A DNA stretch of 64,000 nt from Cenococcum geophilum (lineage: Eukaryota), in contig CP158635.1 of the NCBI GenBank assembly GCA_050273025.1, positions 11,470,001-11,534,000 on the forward strand, in the 5' to 3' direction. The number at the start of each line of letters is the position of its first letter. Within the stretch, counting starts at the first letter, position 1. The notes below the pieces were generated by a model. The model did no database searches, had not been told where the DNA came from, and saw nothing but the letters and a program-made list of their open reading frames with translations. Shown here piece after piece: positions 37,030 to 50,713 of the stretch. A program made the translations under genes and the position numbers.

Positions 37030-38600
37030 CTGCGAAGCTTTGCAAAAGCTCTGCAAAAGCTCTGCACAAAGCTCTGCTTATAGCCCTATCTAGAGCTTTG
37101 AAGCTCTACTAACACGCAGCACTAATATACTAGGAAGTCTTATGATCGTCTCCACGAACGTCTCCACGAACGTCTCCACGAACGTCTCCACGAACGTCTC
37201 CACGAACGTCTCCACGAACGTCTCCACGAACGTCTCCACGAACGTCTCCACGAACGTCTCCACGAACGTCTCCACGAACGTCTCCACGAACGTCTCCACG
37301 AACGTCTCCACGAACGTCTCCACGAACGTCTCTACGAACGTCTCTACGAACGTCTCTACGAACGTCTCTACGAACGGCTCTACGATCGCCTCTACGATCG
37401 CCTCTACAATTGCCTATACAATCGTCCGTACGAACGTCTCCACCATCGTCTCTACAAACGTCTGCACGAATGTCTGCACGAACGTCTGCACGAATATCTG
37501 CACAAAGCTCTATAAAGTTGTTTACAAGGCCTTTGAAAACAAGCCTAAAGATAAGCTCTACGTAACTCTGCTGAAAGCTCTATTAAAGCTCTACTCCGGG
37601 CTCTATCGAAGCTCTACTCTAAGCTCTACTCCAAGCTCTATCAAAGCTCTACTCCAAGCTCTATTAAAGCTCTACTCCAAGCTCTATCGAAGCTCTACTC
37701 TAAGCTCTATTAAAGCTCTGCTCTAAGCTCTATTAAAGCTCTGCTCTAAGCTCTATTAAAGCTCTACTCTAAGCTCTATTAACGCTCTGCTCTAAGCTCT
37801 ATTAAAGCTCTGCTCTAAGCTCTATCGAAGCTCTGCTCCAAGCTCTATCGAAGCTTTGCTCAAAGCTCTACTAACACGTAGCACTAATATACTAGGAAGT
37901 CTTACAATCGTCTCTACAATCGGCTCTATAATCACCTCTACAATCACCCATACGATCGCCCATACGAATGTCTCTATTATCGTCTCTATAAACGTCTGCA
38001 CGAACATCTATACAAATACCTACACAGAGCTCTATACAAGGTTGTTTACAAGGCCTTTAAAAATAAGCCTAAAGATAAGCTCTGCTCTAGGCTCTATTAA
38101 AGCTATACTTTAAGCTCTATTAAAGCTCTACTCTAAGCTCTACTCTAAGCTCTATTAAAGCTCTACTCTAAGCTCTATTAAAGCTTTGCTCTAAGCTCTG
38201 CTCTAAGCTCTATTAAAGCTCTACTTAAGGCTTTACTAACACGCAGCATTAATATACTAGGAAGTCTCAATCGTTTCTATAAACGGCTCTATAATTGGCT
38301 CTACAATTGCCTATACAATTATTTGTATAAATATCTTTATCTTTATCTTTATAAACGTCTATATAAATATCTACATAAATGCCTATATAAAGCTCTATAT
38401 AAAGTTATTTATAAGGCCTTTAAAAACAAGCCTAAGGGTAAGCTTTATATAGAGAAGCTCTGCATGAATTTCTATATAAAGCTTTACTTAAAGCTCTACT
38501 TAAGGCTCTATATAAGGCTCTACTTAAATCTTTATTAAAGCTTTCTAAAGCTCTATTAAAGGCCTGCTTAAAGCTTTATATAAGGCTTTATTTAATAGTA
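37030..38600. repeat. Higher-order repeat: three copies of a composite unit (anchor + 12-bp array + spacer + AAGCTCTA 11/22-bp array)
   Basis: Anchor CTAACACGCAGCACTAATATACTAGGAAGTCT recurs near 37108, 37871 and 38236. Spacer ACAAGGCCTTTGAAAACAAGCCTAAAGATAAGCTC recurs near 37524, 38048 and 38411. Copies become more TA-rich to the right. Confidence 0.8.
37148..37375. repeat. 12-bp minisatellite (GTCTCCACGAAC)15 + (GTCTCTACGAAC)4
   Basis: Direct count: 15 identical units at 37148-37327, 4 single-substitution units to 37375, then degenerate units. Confidence 0.95.
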
Positions 38601-40391
38601 GATAAAAAAGTAGTAGAAGTAATAGATAGAGTAGTATATAGAGTAGTAGCTAGAGTAATATTAGAAGTAAAAGTAGAGTAGTAGTAGGGGCTAAAGTGGG
38701 AGTAATAGTAGTATAAGTAGTAATAAGAGTAATAGTAAGAGTAGTATTAAGAGCTAGAGCTAAAGTAATAGTTAAAATAATAGGCAGGGTAATAGTTAAG
38801 CTATAGCTAAAGTAATAATAAGAGTAAAAGTAAAAGTAATAGCTAAAGTTAAAGTTTAAAATAAAATAAAAAGCCAAAGTAATAAATAGGGTAGTATTAA
38901 GTAGTAATAAAATAGTAGCTAAAATAGTTATTATAATAAAAGTAAGTGTAAAAGTAAAAGTAAAAGTAGTAAAAGCTAAAGCTAGAGCTATAGTAATAAT
39001 AGTAATAATAATTAATTTTAAAAGAGTATTTAAAATAAAAGTAAAAATAAATACTAAAATAGTAACTAAAGTAATAAATAAAGTAATAACTAAAATAACT
39101 AAAGCAGTATATAAAAAGGTAACTAAAGTAGTAATAAAAATATTTTTTGTTTAAGCTAGCTCTAAAAGCCTTATATATATATAAGGTAAGTATAAATAGT
39201 AATAAAATAGTAAGTAATAAAGTAATAGAAAGTAAAGTAGAAAGTAATAAAGTAATAAATAAATATTAATTAATAATAGTAGCTAAAATAGAAACTAAAG
39301 CTATTACTAAAGTACTAAGTTAATTTATTACCTTAACTATATATTACTTTAGTAAAGTAGCTGAAATATATATATACCACGTAAGCTACTTATTATAATA
39401 CTTTTAATAACTTTTATAAAAAGAGAACTTATAGCTATAATAAAAGTAATATCTATAATAGTAATAAGAAGTAATAGATAAAATAAAAGTAAAATTATAG
39501 CTAAGGCGCGTCCTAACTATAAAGGACTACTTTTAAAAAGTAGATTTAAATATATAAAACTAATAGCTATAATAATTTAAAACCTATTATATAACGTGTC
39601 CCGCTCTATATTACTATAAAGAAAAAAAAGAAAAAGTAATTTTAAATCTATTACAACTCTTATAGGACCTAATATATATACCTTTATAAGTAGTAATAGA
39701 AAAATATCTTTAAGCAAAAAAAAACATGGCTTTATATAGAAGTTTAATATAACTTAATATTAGATAGCCGTGTTAATACTATTTATTATTACTACTATTG
39801 CTAAATAAGGCTATTATAATAGAAAATATTATATATCTAGAAGTACTACTTTATTAGGTAGATTTATATAATTATATAGATTAGTAAGTAAGCTTTTAAA
39901 ATAGTTTTAATACCCTTTTAAATTTAAATAATAGTGTAGATGTATAATTATATCACCTAGTATACTAAACGCGTATCTACGCGTTTAGTGCACTAACCGC
40001 TTACTTATAACTAATTAGGGGGGAGGGCGCGTTAGTATATAGACTACGTAGTCTACCTTAATAGAATTGACAGTTACCACTATCCAAAAGAGTATACGAT
40101 ACTATACGTATTTTATGCCCCTAGATATAACTTACTTATATTATTAAGTTAATATAAATATTAATTAGTAAGCGCGCATAGATTAGCAATTACTTAACAC
40201 CTCCCCCCAAGCAATATACAACAGCGACTACCCGTTTAATCCTAGTACGACCTACTAGAAGGTCGGAAGTTGGGGATTATAAACCAAATCACTATCTCTA
40301 TATACTTATTTAAGTCTTAGTATAGTTTACTAAAAGTTTATAAATGCAAATATAGACCTTTATAGAACCCCCTACCCTCCTATAAACTATT

Positions 40392-40617
40392 TATAAGGTG
40401 AGGATATAGATAGGGAGTCCAATAGTAGAATAATAGGTATATTATATAGACAGAGACAAATCCTTAAGGGAAAAAGGAGGAGTCTGTGTGCGAGGTAGGA
40501 AGGGTTTTCCCTAGGCACGTGCAGAGCACGTGCCTTACGGGCGAGTCACCACTAGGTTGCCCTAGGGTCGCCCATACCTTACGGCTATATAACTATCTAC
40601 TTAGGTTTCACCTAATA
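40392..40617 (-). repeat. 3' LTR of element A
   Basis: Direct repeat of 53341-53566, adjacent to the polypurine tract. Confidence 0.93.
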
Positions 40618-43600
40618 ATGCCCCCCCCTTTAAAAAGGGTCGTCCCCAATCCTTTATATACTTAAGCCTCAATAAAACCCCATAAAAAACCTTAGTAAGG
40701 AAAAAATTTAGAAGGGAAAGAGCGTCTTAATTTTGCGTATAGAGAGACGGGTAGTATATATACGCGGCGCAAAGATATTAAGGAACTTCAACCAGCGGTT
40801 AAAGTTGTCTAATTAGTCAGATTTGCCTTGCCAAGACTCCCCCGCATTTAACCGAGCTAGTAGCAATTTTATATACCCGGTATAGAAAATCCTAATTAGT
40901 CTATTTAATAGGTAGAGCTAGTAGAGCTTAATACCGTCGCCTAAATTCGGTAGACCAGAAATATTCTAAAGCTCGCTTGTGTAGGTAAGTCGCTAGTACC
41001 TCGCGGGTAGGTTATAGGTTATTCGCATGTAGCTAGATTTATAGACGGTAAGGCTATATGCCTATTAAATCCGCCGCTAACCCTGCTTTGGCCTTACGCT
41101 ATACCGGCATAGCGCCGTATATACTTCGCGGGTAGATTATAGGTTATTTACATACAGCCAGATTAGGACGGTAAGGCTATATACCTATTAGACCCGCTAC
41201 TAACCTATATTTTAGCCTTATACGTTATCTATATAGCATATACATAGAATAGTATAAGTTATTGGTATAGGTTACCACTAGCGGGTTACTAGCAGGTTAT
41301 AGACCCTGGTTAAATAGACCTATTCTTTAATATATAAACAATCTGCTTAGCTAGCATAGAGTAACAGACTAGGTCTAGGAAGGGTGCTTTCTAAATTAAG
41401 CTTCGTTGCTAGCATATACTATAGCCTCGCCTATAAGTTATAGCAATCGCTACTTATTCTTTAATCCCTTAGGACGTCCTCTGTTCCGCTTTAATATAGG
41501 TTATATTTTAACAGCGGCGCTTGCTTTTTACCTACGCTTTAGCTATAAGGCTAGGGTATCCCGCTTACGGTACTTATCTAGCAGTTATTAACAATTCTTA
41601 AGTTCTGTCTTATATTTCTATTCATTATACTTATTTAGCCATCCTAGCCATTTAATAAGGTACTGCGGTTGTCTAGTACAATCCTAGTAGGCGACGATTG
41701 CTTCTACTTCCCAGCTACCTTTCTTAAGCTCTTTTACTACTAGGGGTTAAAACCCAGGGCGTAACTTATAAGGCTCTAATAGGGAGATATAAAAGACTAG
41801 GTAGAGCCGTGCTATAGTAGGTAGAAGCTCTAGCTTATATACTTACTGCCCTACACGCTCTAGGATCTAAAATAGTCCTATAAACTTATTATTAAGCTTT
41901 TTATAAGGACGTTTCGTGCGGATATTCTTAGAGGAGAGCAGGACTCGTTTACCAACGGCGAAATGCTTAGCTAGATGGTGACGATTGTAGTATTTTACCT
42001 AAAGCTGTTAGGTATACATTATTGACGCCGCCGCTACCTTATATGTAAGGCGCAGGCGTTATAGATATATCTCTACAAGTTTAACATTTATCAACTTAGA
42101 CCCTTCCCCACCTTACTAGGCGTCTTAGACGCTGTCTAGAACTCTATTTAGGACGTTTAGCAGCTAGCTATAGGCGAGCTTAATAAGGGAACGCTTTATT
42201 ATAGTATAGACCTTAAAGTTATAGGCAAAGGCTGCTTCTTTAAGTAGGGAGGCCTAATTAGACTATTCCTAGTTTGTAAATATATATAGGTATATCTTAA
42301 GCTCCTAGTTCTAACGCTTTGTCTAACTATCTATCTATAGGTAGAATATAGTGCTAAGTTTACGTTAAACGCGGAGATAGTAGTATATAGTGCTCTAGTA
42401 CTCGCTTATAAATACACTACCCCTATTAGAGACAATATTATCTAAAGGCCCTATTTACGTAAAGACTCTAAATAAGAGTTCTGCAAGTTATGTAGTATCA
42501 ATTATCTTATGCACTAGATAGTAGCGTACTAACTTTATAAAACGGTCTATAAGGACAAGGACGGAGTTATACTCTACGCTATTAGGAGTTTTAGACTCTA
42601 GGAGATCCGTAATAAAGTTAAATAAATAATGCTATTAGGCTTAGGTGGGGACCTAGAGAGGCTGTAACTCACTATAGGGTTTATAGCGGCGCGATTTAGA
42701 GCGTTAGTAGGCATTATAATTATCTAGGTATTTACGGAGGTCCTAGGTAAGGCCGTTCCAAGTATACTTCCGCGCAATTACCTTAAAAGTACGGTTAAAA
42801 CTATAGTAGCCGCCTATAGGATCGTCATAATTCCGCTTAAGGATCTCCTATTATAATAGTATATAATTTAGCACCTAGACCTTATTATTTTGCCTTAGGA
42901 GTCCTTAATTATTAAGGGTATAGTTTTTATTACTAGTAGGAACTTATTTCTAGGTTAACTAATTATATATAAAGCGTATAAAGGCGTCCCTTTTTTATAC
43001 TCTATAAATAAAATTAACTAGTAACTTGGGGGGGGTGTTCTATAAACGCCGTTTTGGCTAAGGTAGCTACTACTACCTCTTGCCATAGCACGAGACTTTG
43101 CGTAAAGTTAGTACTAGCAAAGTAACATACAATATATAGGTAACTCGCCGGGTTATCGCGGGGGACTATAGCCTAGGCTAAGGGGTCTTCCCTAGGGTTA
43201 AGCGCCATTAGGTCAGTCGGGGTAGTCTTAAAGAAAATAGCAGGACGCTCTAGTCCACCAGCACTAAGTTTATAAGGGTCGCTTGCATACTACATGTATA
43301 CTACTCGCTAGTTTAGTATAGTAGTACTAGGGCCGCCTATAAGGCCTATAACCCGCAACTTTTACTATAATATAGGCAGTATAGTATTAAGAATTATCCT
43401 CTTACTGCCATCTTTAAAGCCTTTAGCATAATCCGGGCGCCGGGATAGTATATTAGCAGGGTTTACTTTACCTAGCTTATATTTAATCTTAAAATTAAAC
43501 TTAGCTAGTTTCTTAGCGTACTAGGCCTAGCGAGTAGATAAGCTCTTAGTAGTTATAAAGTACCTAAGATTATTATAATCGTAAAGCACGCGCGTTACAT

Positions 43601-44561
43601 ATACAGTGTATTTAAGGTAATAGCGCCACGTCTTAAAGCATTATACTATAGCAAGTAGTTCTTTATTATGCGTATTATACTATACTTTTAGGCCAGTAAG
43701 CTTCTAACTATAATAAGCGATTAGGTGCTAGTAAAGTTAGTCTTCCTACCCTAAAGGCTGTAGAAGTATACCGCCATAGGCATAATTGGAAGCGTTAGTA
43801 ATTACCATTAGGGGTAGATTAGGGTTAAAGTGGCGAAGTAGGGGAGCCTATATAAACGCAGCGCGTAGCTTACGGAACGCCTACTGCGCGTTATTAGGCC
43901 AGGACCAAGGTTAAAACCATTTAATAGACCCTTTTAACTTACACTTCCGCTTCTTCTCCCTATCTAACATTAAGTCGCGATGCGCCTATATAAGATATGC
44001 GTATAGGGGGTATATAGTATCCAAGTAGTTCCAAATAAATCGCCTATAGAAGTTGGCAAAGCTAAGGAAGACTTAGATATCCCTATAGGACTTAGGCTTA
44101 GGCCATTCCTTAATAGCTTTTACGCGGTTAGGGTCCATTATAATACCCCTAGGGGTAATAATAAAGCCTAGGAACTTAACGTTCTTAGTATAAAAGATAT
44201 ATTTTAATAGTTTAGCGTATAGGCCCCAAGCGCGGAGCTGTCGCAGTACCTGCTTAACATACTCGACGTACTTATCCTTATTATTTAAGTAGATAAGAAT
44301 ATTATCTAGGTAAACTACGTAGATAGTATTTACTAGGGTTTCTAGAGCTTTATAAATATAGCTCTGGAAAGTTATAGGGGCGTTAGTAAGACTAAAGGGC
44401 ATTACTAGGTACTTAAAGTAACTATAGCGTATCTTAAATGCGGTCTTCCATTTATCTCCCTTTTTAATATAAATTCTATAGTACGTATTATAAAGATCTA
44501 GCTTTATAAATATCTTTACATAGCTAAGCCTATTAAAGAGTTCGCCGACTAGCGGTAGGGG

Positions 44562-44753
44562 TGTTATGGGACGGGGCAGTGGCTACAAGACGTATGTATT
44601 CGAGGAGTCTACAAGACGTTGCGCGATCGATCGTAAGGGTCGAGGGCGTAAGGAGGTGATATACCTACGCGTAGCTGACATAAGCTGTACGCGAGGTGTA
44701 CGCGAGAGCACGGGGCTCTCCTATGGAGGCCCCTGCGGTGGGGTTCCGTAATA
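44562..44753 (-). repeat. 3' LTR of element B
   Basis: Direct repeat of 50714-50905 with 6 differences, all transitions. Confidence 0.95.
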
Positions 44754-47700
44754 CTACCCCCCCTCCTATAGAGGCGGAGCTCCGGCGACGCTGTGGTTAC
44801 TATATATATATAAAAGGGATACTTAGGGTATAGAAAAGAAGAAAGGGGGGTATCGCTAAAGGCTTAAAACAATATTATGTAATAAGGCTTGGCATCTAAG
44901 AATCTAACTAATTAGACAACTTCGACCGCCGGTTAAAGTTCCTGGATATCTTAACGATATTCCGGTTATATAATCGCACTTTGCCGCAATCTAACGGCAA
45001 TCTAACGGCAATTTGCCCCTACGTGGTAATATATAACGGTTTAACTCTATAAGGGCTCCTATAGAGGATTAGGTATAAAATCTCTGCTTAGGCCCGGTTT
45101 CTATAGGTTCGCGTAGTAAAAGTCGCTAATTAGATCCTTTACATTTTTAAAATCTTCCTATAGTTACTATTCTGGCTGATCTATATTAAATCCTATATAT
45201 ATAGCTCTGTAGTAGAGCCATTATCCTCTACCTTTACCAAAGTATTTAGAGTTAATAATTCGTTTAATGGTCCACTCCTCGTGGTTCTTATCTTCATTCT
45301 TATCTCGGATTAGTACTAGTAGGGGTTTAGGCTATATCTACCCTAGTAAGGGGTTAGGCTGGTAAAGGTATAGTAGCTATAGGTAAAATATAGGCTATAT
45401 CCCGCGGGTGGCTAGGGCAGGCGGGAGCTCTAGCTCGTATACGGCTCCCCTATTAATAACTCGTTTAATTAGGTAGGGGCCGAGGTTCTTATAATTAAGT
45501 AACTTCATAGGCCTCTACGTAGAGATATTACGTGTATCTAGCCATACCCAGTTACTAACACGTATCTCCGGTAGTGGCGTTCTATAACAGTCGGCGAAGT
45601 AAGCCTACTTTACTTAAGCCCAGGCCATTTCTCCCTTATAGTAGTCAAGTAGATTTTTTATACGGTCTATATGCTAGTCGGCAAGTAGTATCTTAAGGCG
45701 TTTTCTATATAGCAGTTTCTTATTAATAGGTTCTGGTAGTTCTATGCCGGATTAGGGGTGATATCCCTTATTTGCAAAGAACGGGGTAAGTCCTATAGTA
45801 GTTAAGACGTAGTTATTCGCTATAAATTTACCTAGTAGGAGGTAATCTACCTAGTTATCTTAACTATAGGCGACTACCTATCATAGGTACGCTTTTATAC
45901 TAGCATTAGCGTTTTCCGGTTACCTAGCAGTTTTATAGTAGAAGGATATAGACATCTTAACGGAGATACTAAGGCATTAGTAGATTCGTCTCCATACATC
46001 AGAGCCAAACTATATGCCTTAGTTAGACGTAATCGAGTTAGGTAACCCATGTAATCAGTAGATTTCGCAAAGGAAGGCGTTAGTAACGTCGCTAACGGCT
46101 ACGCCTTTAGTTAGGACGTAGTGGCGCTCTTTTATAAGTCAGCATATTATTATAAGGATGTTCTTATAGGTACGGCCATGTCGCTTATAGGGTGGTAGGT
46201 TAATAACGAAATCTATGGCGATATCTGCCCATTGTTATATAGGTACTAGTAGAGGGTGCAGTAGTCCTTAGTACTTTATATTAAAGGCCTTAGCGCGCTT
46301 ATAACCGTAGCAGGCGCCTATAAAGCGTTTAACTAAGTCTATTATTTTAGGCCAAAAGTAGTATCGGCTAAAAAGCTTATAGGTTCCTCCTCTGCCTAGG
46401 TAACCGCTTAATCGGAGGTTATAGGCCATTTGGATTAGTTGCCGTTATAAATTTTCTAAGTTAAGGACGAATAGACGGCCTCTATAATAGAGCCTATTCT
46501 CTTTTACTTTTAAGGCTGCCATATTAATCTAGCCTAAGCTTTAGAGTTTAGTTAGTAGCGTATAGGCGCTAGCAGTCTTTGCGGTAATAAGTTAATATAG
46601 TAATGGGTTAATAGAGGTATTATATGCCGTGGTAATAAGCTTATTAATTTCGGGAGGTAATTCTAGTTCTATAGTGTGGAGCTGAGGTACAGTTAGCTTT
46701 ATTATAGGTAGCATACCTAGGGCCAAATTCCGTGCTTTTAGGATTGTTTATTGTTGGAACTAGTTATAGGGGTTATCTTTAGACTAAGGAAGGTCTTATA
46801 AGCGGCGTGTTAGGCTATTAGGCTTAGTACCTTATACTCCTAGCCTATATATAATTTTAAAGTTAAAACTAGAGAGAAACTCGTTCTAGCGTGCTTGGCG
46901 TTAGTTTAGCTATTTTATAGTTATAAAGTACTTAAGGTTACAATAATCCGTAAGGACTTTAGTTAGCTGGTTAGGTTCTACTAAGGAGAGTTCCGGTCAG
47001 AATTCCTCAAACGCTTATATAATCGTAAGAAGTTCCTTATTATAGATCTTATAGTTATATTCTTATAGTATAAACTTAGATAAATAGAATGTGACTAGGT
47101 AGAGGAAACCGTTATTACCTATCTAAGAAAGGACGCCTGCGTTAACGTGGTCTAAGGAGTTAGTCTTAAGATAGAGTTATTATCCTGGTATAAAGTAAGC
47201 TAAAATAGGTGCTTTGGTAAAAGCATCTTTAAGGTCTTAGAACGCCTTCTTATATTTAAGTATTTAGATAAAACGTAGATATATTTTTCTTTCTTTTATA
47301 GAAAGGCCCTTTATTCGCATTATTGCTATAAATAGTGCTATAATACCTAAGAAGTTATATATAAATTTTTAATAGAAGTTAGTAAAACCAAGGAAAGCTT
47401 ATACGTCTTTAATACAGTTAGGGATTTGCTATTTAGTAATTATATATACCTTCTTAGGGTCCATATAAACACCCTTAGTAGTAATAATTAGTTTAAGGTA
47501 TTTTACTTCTATGACTGAGAATTTATACTTCTTTAAATTAATATAAAGTCCTGCGTCCCTAAGGCGCTATAGGACCTTTTAAACGTGCTTAGTATGCTTA
47601 AAAGGGTTATCGCTATAAATAAGTATATTATCCAGGTACGCAGAGCAGAAGTTGTTAAGGTAATCCCGTAAGGCGTTATTAATATAGCTTTAGAAGCTGC

Positions 47701-50700
47701 CTGGGCCGTTATATACACTAAAGGGCATAACGGTATATTTAAATTGGCTAAAGCGTAATACGAATACGGTTTTCTATTTATTACCTTCTTATATTTAAAG
47801 GCGGTTAAAGGCGGCAATAATATTAAGCTTAGTATAGATTTTAGCTTAGCTAAGCTACTTAAAAGTCTTATATATAAGCGGTATAGGGTATCAGTTCTTA
47901 ATCGTAATAGCGTTAAGTCCTCTATAGTTAACGTAGAATTAAATACCTCCTCCTGGCTTCTTAGTAAGGAAGATAGGGGCGACTGCTGGGGATATGCTAG
48001 GGCGAATAAACCCTTTATTAAGGTGTTTGTCGATATACTTTTTAACAACTAGAAGTTTGTCTTTTAATATTAGGTAAGGTCTTTTATAGGGTAGCGTTTT
48101 TCCTTATTTAATATTAATAGCATAGTTATTAGGTTAATATGGGGGGAGTATATCTACGCTCTTTTATAAGCATACGTTAATAAAGTTATAGTACCTCTTA
48201 GGGAGGAGCTTGCGGAGTTTCTTATTAGTAAGTCCTTTTTTAAGCTTTATAAACTTCTTAAAGTTTAAAGGTAAAAGTCCATAGAGTTCTACGGGGGCAT
48301 TATTTTCTAGAAGGTCAACTATATCTATTCTATTACTGTAGAGGACGTGGTCCTATTCTTTATTAAGCTTATATAGTTATAATTAGGAGGCTGCGGTAAC
48401 GGTCTAGCCTTTCCTATATACTATACGGTAAAAGGCCGCGGCACTTATATAGTGGTAGTTGGTCATAGGTAGGGTAATAAGGGGTTCCTTAGGTTGGTAT
48501 CCTGGGGAGTAGATAGAGGTGGCTAGGCCATATCCTAGGCAGGTCTCTCTATAATATTTAGAGTTAAAGGTTACTTCTCTCTTTTTCTAGTTAATGGCGG
48601 GGTTGTGTTATTTAAGCTAGTTCATTCTAAGGATAATAGGGTAATTAGTAAGTGGTATAATATAGGCCCAGAGTTCTTCCTGGTGCCCATTTATATCTAG
48701 GTAGAGTTATACTATATAGGTAATCTTCTGTGCGGTATAACTACTATTAGCAAGTTATAGGGCGCGGGCTTTAGTAAGGGGTAAGGTAGGTAAGTTATAA
48801 GTACGCACAAATTAGGTATCTATAAATTTATTAGTAGCTCCGCAATTAATTATAGAACGGCTTTTATATTATTTTTTAGCAGTAGTTCCTATTACGGGTA
48901 AAACTATCTATTTCCGTCCATTTATCTTTACTAAGTTATCTATTAAGCAGGCCGATATATAGATCCCCTTATTATTAGGGCATCCCAACCTACGACTTAG
49001 GGCTAGGACTTGGCGTTTTCTATTTCCATATCCGACTCTACTACTATTACTACGTCTTTGTCTTGTACGGTAGTGGCATATAGCAACGTATTTAGTGTTT
49101 AAGGTACTAGGTTAGGTATTAGGCGGCGGCTGCTAAACCTAGCTATTAGGTAGTTTAGGCTATAGCTATAACAGCCTTCTTAACAATATCTATAGCAACG
49201 CTTTAGCTTCCGGAGTAGCTCGCGTTTTCTGTTTAGTAGCTTCTACGGGAAGGTTAGTATAAAAAGGTCGATATTAGGACCAGTAGTATTACTTGGGGTA
49301 GTAGGCATTAGTGGTTTAGTAGGTCCGGAGGGCTTTTATAGGGAGGTCTTTAGGTAGGGGTTTATAGTAGCAATCTAATTTAGTTGTTATTTAATCTTTT
49401 GTATGGCTGCTACCATATTATAAACATTATTATAGTTGTGGCTGGCGGCTGCGTAACTAAGGCGATAAGTGACTTTTTTAAGGAGATCTTCCTAGTCTTT
49501 AGTATTGTCTTAGATAAGGGCTTTAGTGTATTCCTAGAATTTAATATAGAACTTATTAAATAATTTAGTAGGGCTTATCTTTAGGGCACGTAGTTTAGCT
49601 TAGTTGGTAGCTAGTAGGTTATAGTTACGGTATATTAGGTTAAGATTATTAAGGACTTCTTAGTAGGACTGCTACTTTTAGGGGCTATTGGTCTCCTATT
49701 GGGCGAAGAGTCTATTAAATAGTGTACCCTTTATTCGCCCAATAATATAGCTAATCTTAGTATCTTTTATAGAAAAAAGGTAGGCGCTCTAAGTTAGTTT
49801 CTTACGGATTTATATCTTCTAGTGGCTATATTCTTTACGGTCTCCCTAAAAAACTAGGAGATTAAGGTAACGTATATTAGACCCTACGGTAATAGCTTAG
49901 GTTTAGTTATTATAGCTTTTATTATTGCTTTAGTAGGGGTTTCTATTAGATAAAGCTGCTCGGCGCTAACCCTCTATTAAGTATTAAGTAGGTAAAGTTG
50001 CCGGGGGCGTAGAGACTTAAGTGGCGTTATATATAGTAGAGAGGTGTCTAGCGTTATTACGAATATGCTCATTAAGCTAAGATTATAGGTATTTAATTAT
50101 GCCTTCTCTTTTAGTGACTGTAGTAATAAGTGTAATCTTAGCCTTCTTTAACTGTTAGATGTTGCGTTTAGACATATAAAGGTTATCTTTAGTTTCTTAA
50201 CACGTGTTATTAGCGAGCGCCTTACAAGCTTATAGGTCTTAGATAATATCGCGATCTTAGGCAGTACGCATCTTAGCTTATATAAGCTTTAGGTGGTAGT
50301 TCTATAGAAGGCGGTAGTATTTATTAGGTTCTCGTGCTACTATTTTTATAAACATCTCGGCGTCTCGTATTTTAATTTTAATAGGTAGTAGCCCTTCCGC
50401 TTACTTATCCATAATTATATAGTTAATAAAAGATAAGATATTATTGGTGTCTATCTCCTTAGGGGTTAAGGCTAGGGCTGATAAATTAAATTCTCCTGGG
50501 ATTAATTGGCGTTGTAGGTTAAATATAGGTATTGGATTATTCTTTAGGTTTAATATAGTGGCTAGTAAGGAATATTATCTTACTATTATAGGTTCCTTAA
50601 AAGTATAAAGTAAGGTAACTCATAGGCACGCTGCTTTTGGCAGCGCCTATAGTATTACAAAGACGTAGAATTAGTTGTAGGCTGGGTGTTAGTGGTAAAA

Positions 50701-50713
50701 AGGCGCAACGTAA

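Noticed and set aside
37090..37726. STNV-repeat and ETFV-repeat ORFs; CRISPR-like appearance
   Set aside because: Translations of a 12-bp minisatellite; no unique spacers, no cas genes, eukaryotic context.
44566..44751. Small ORF duplicated at 50637-50903 (MGRGSGYKTY...)
   Set aside because: Lies within the two LTRs of element B; the duplication is the LTR itself.
44073..48048. Residual ORFs in the TE block (44073-44402, 47533-48048) as active genes
   Set aside because: The first is a stop-bounded RT fragment of element A; the second is an off-frame reading in B's RT region. Neither element can encode a full polyprotein.
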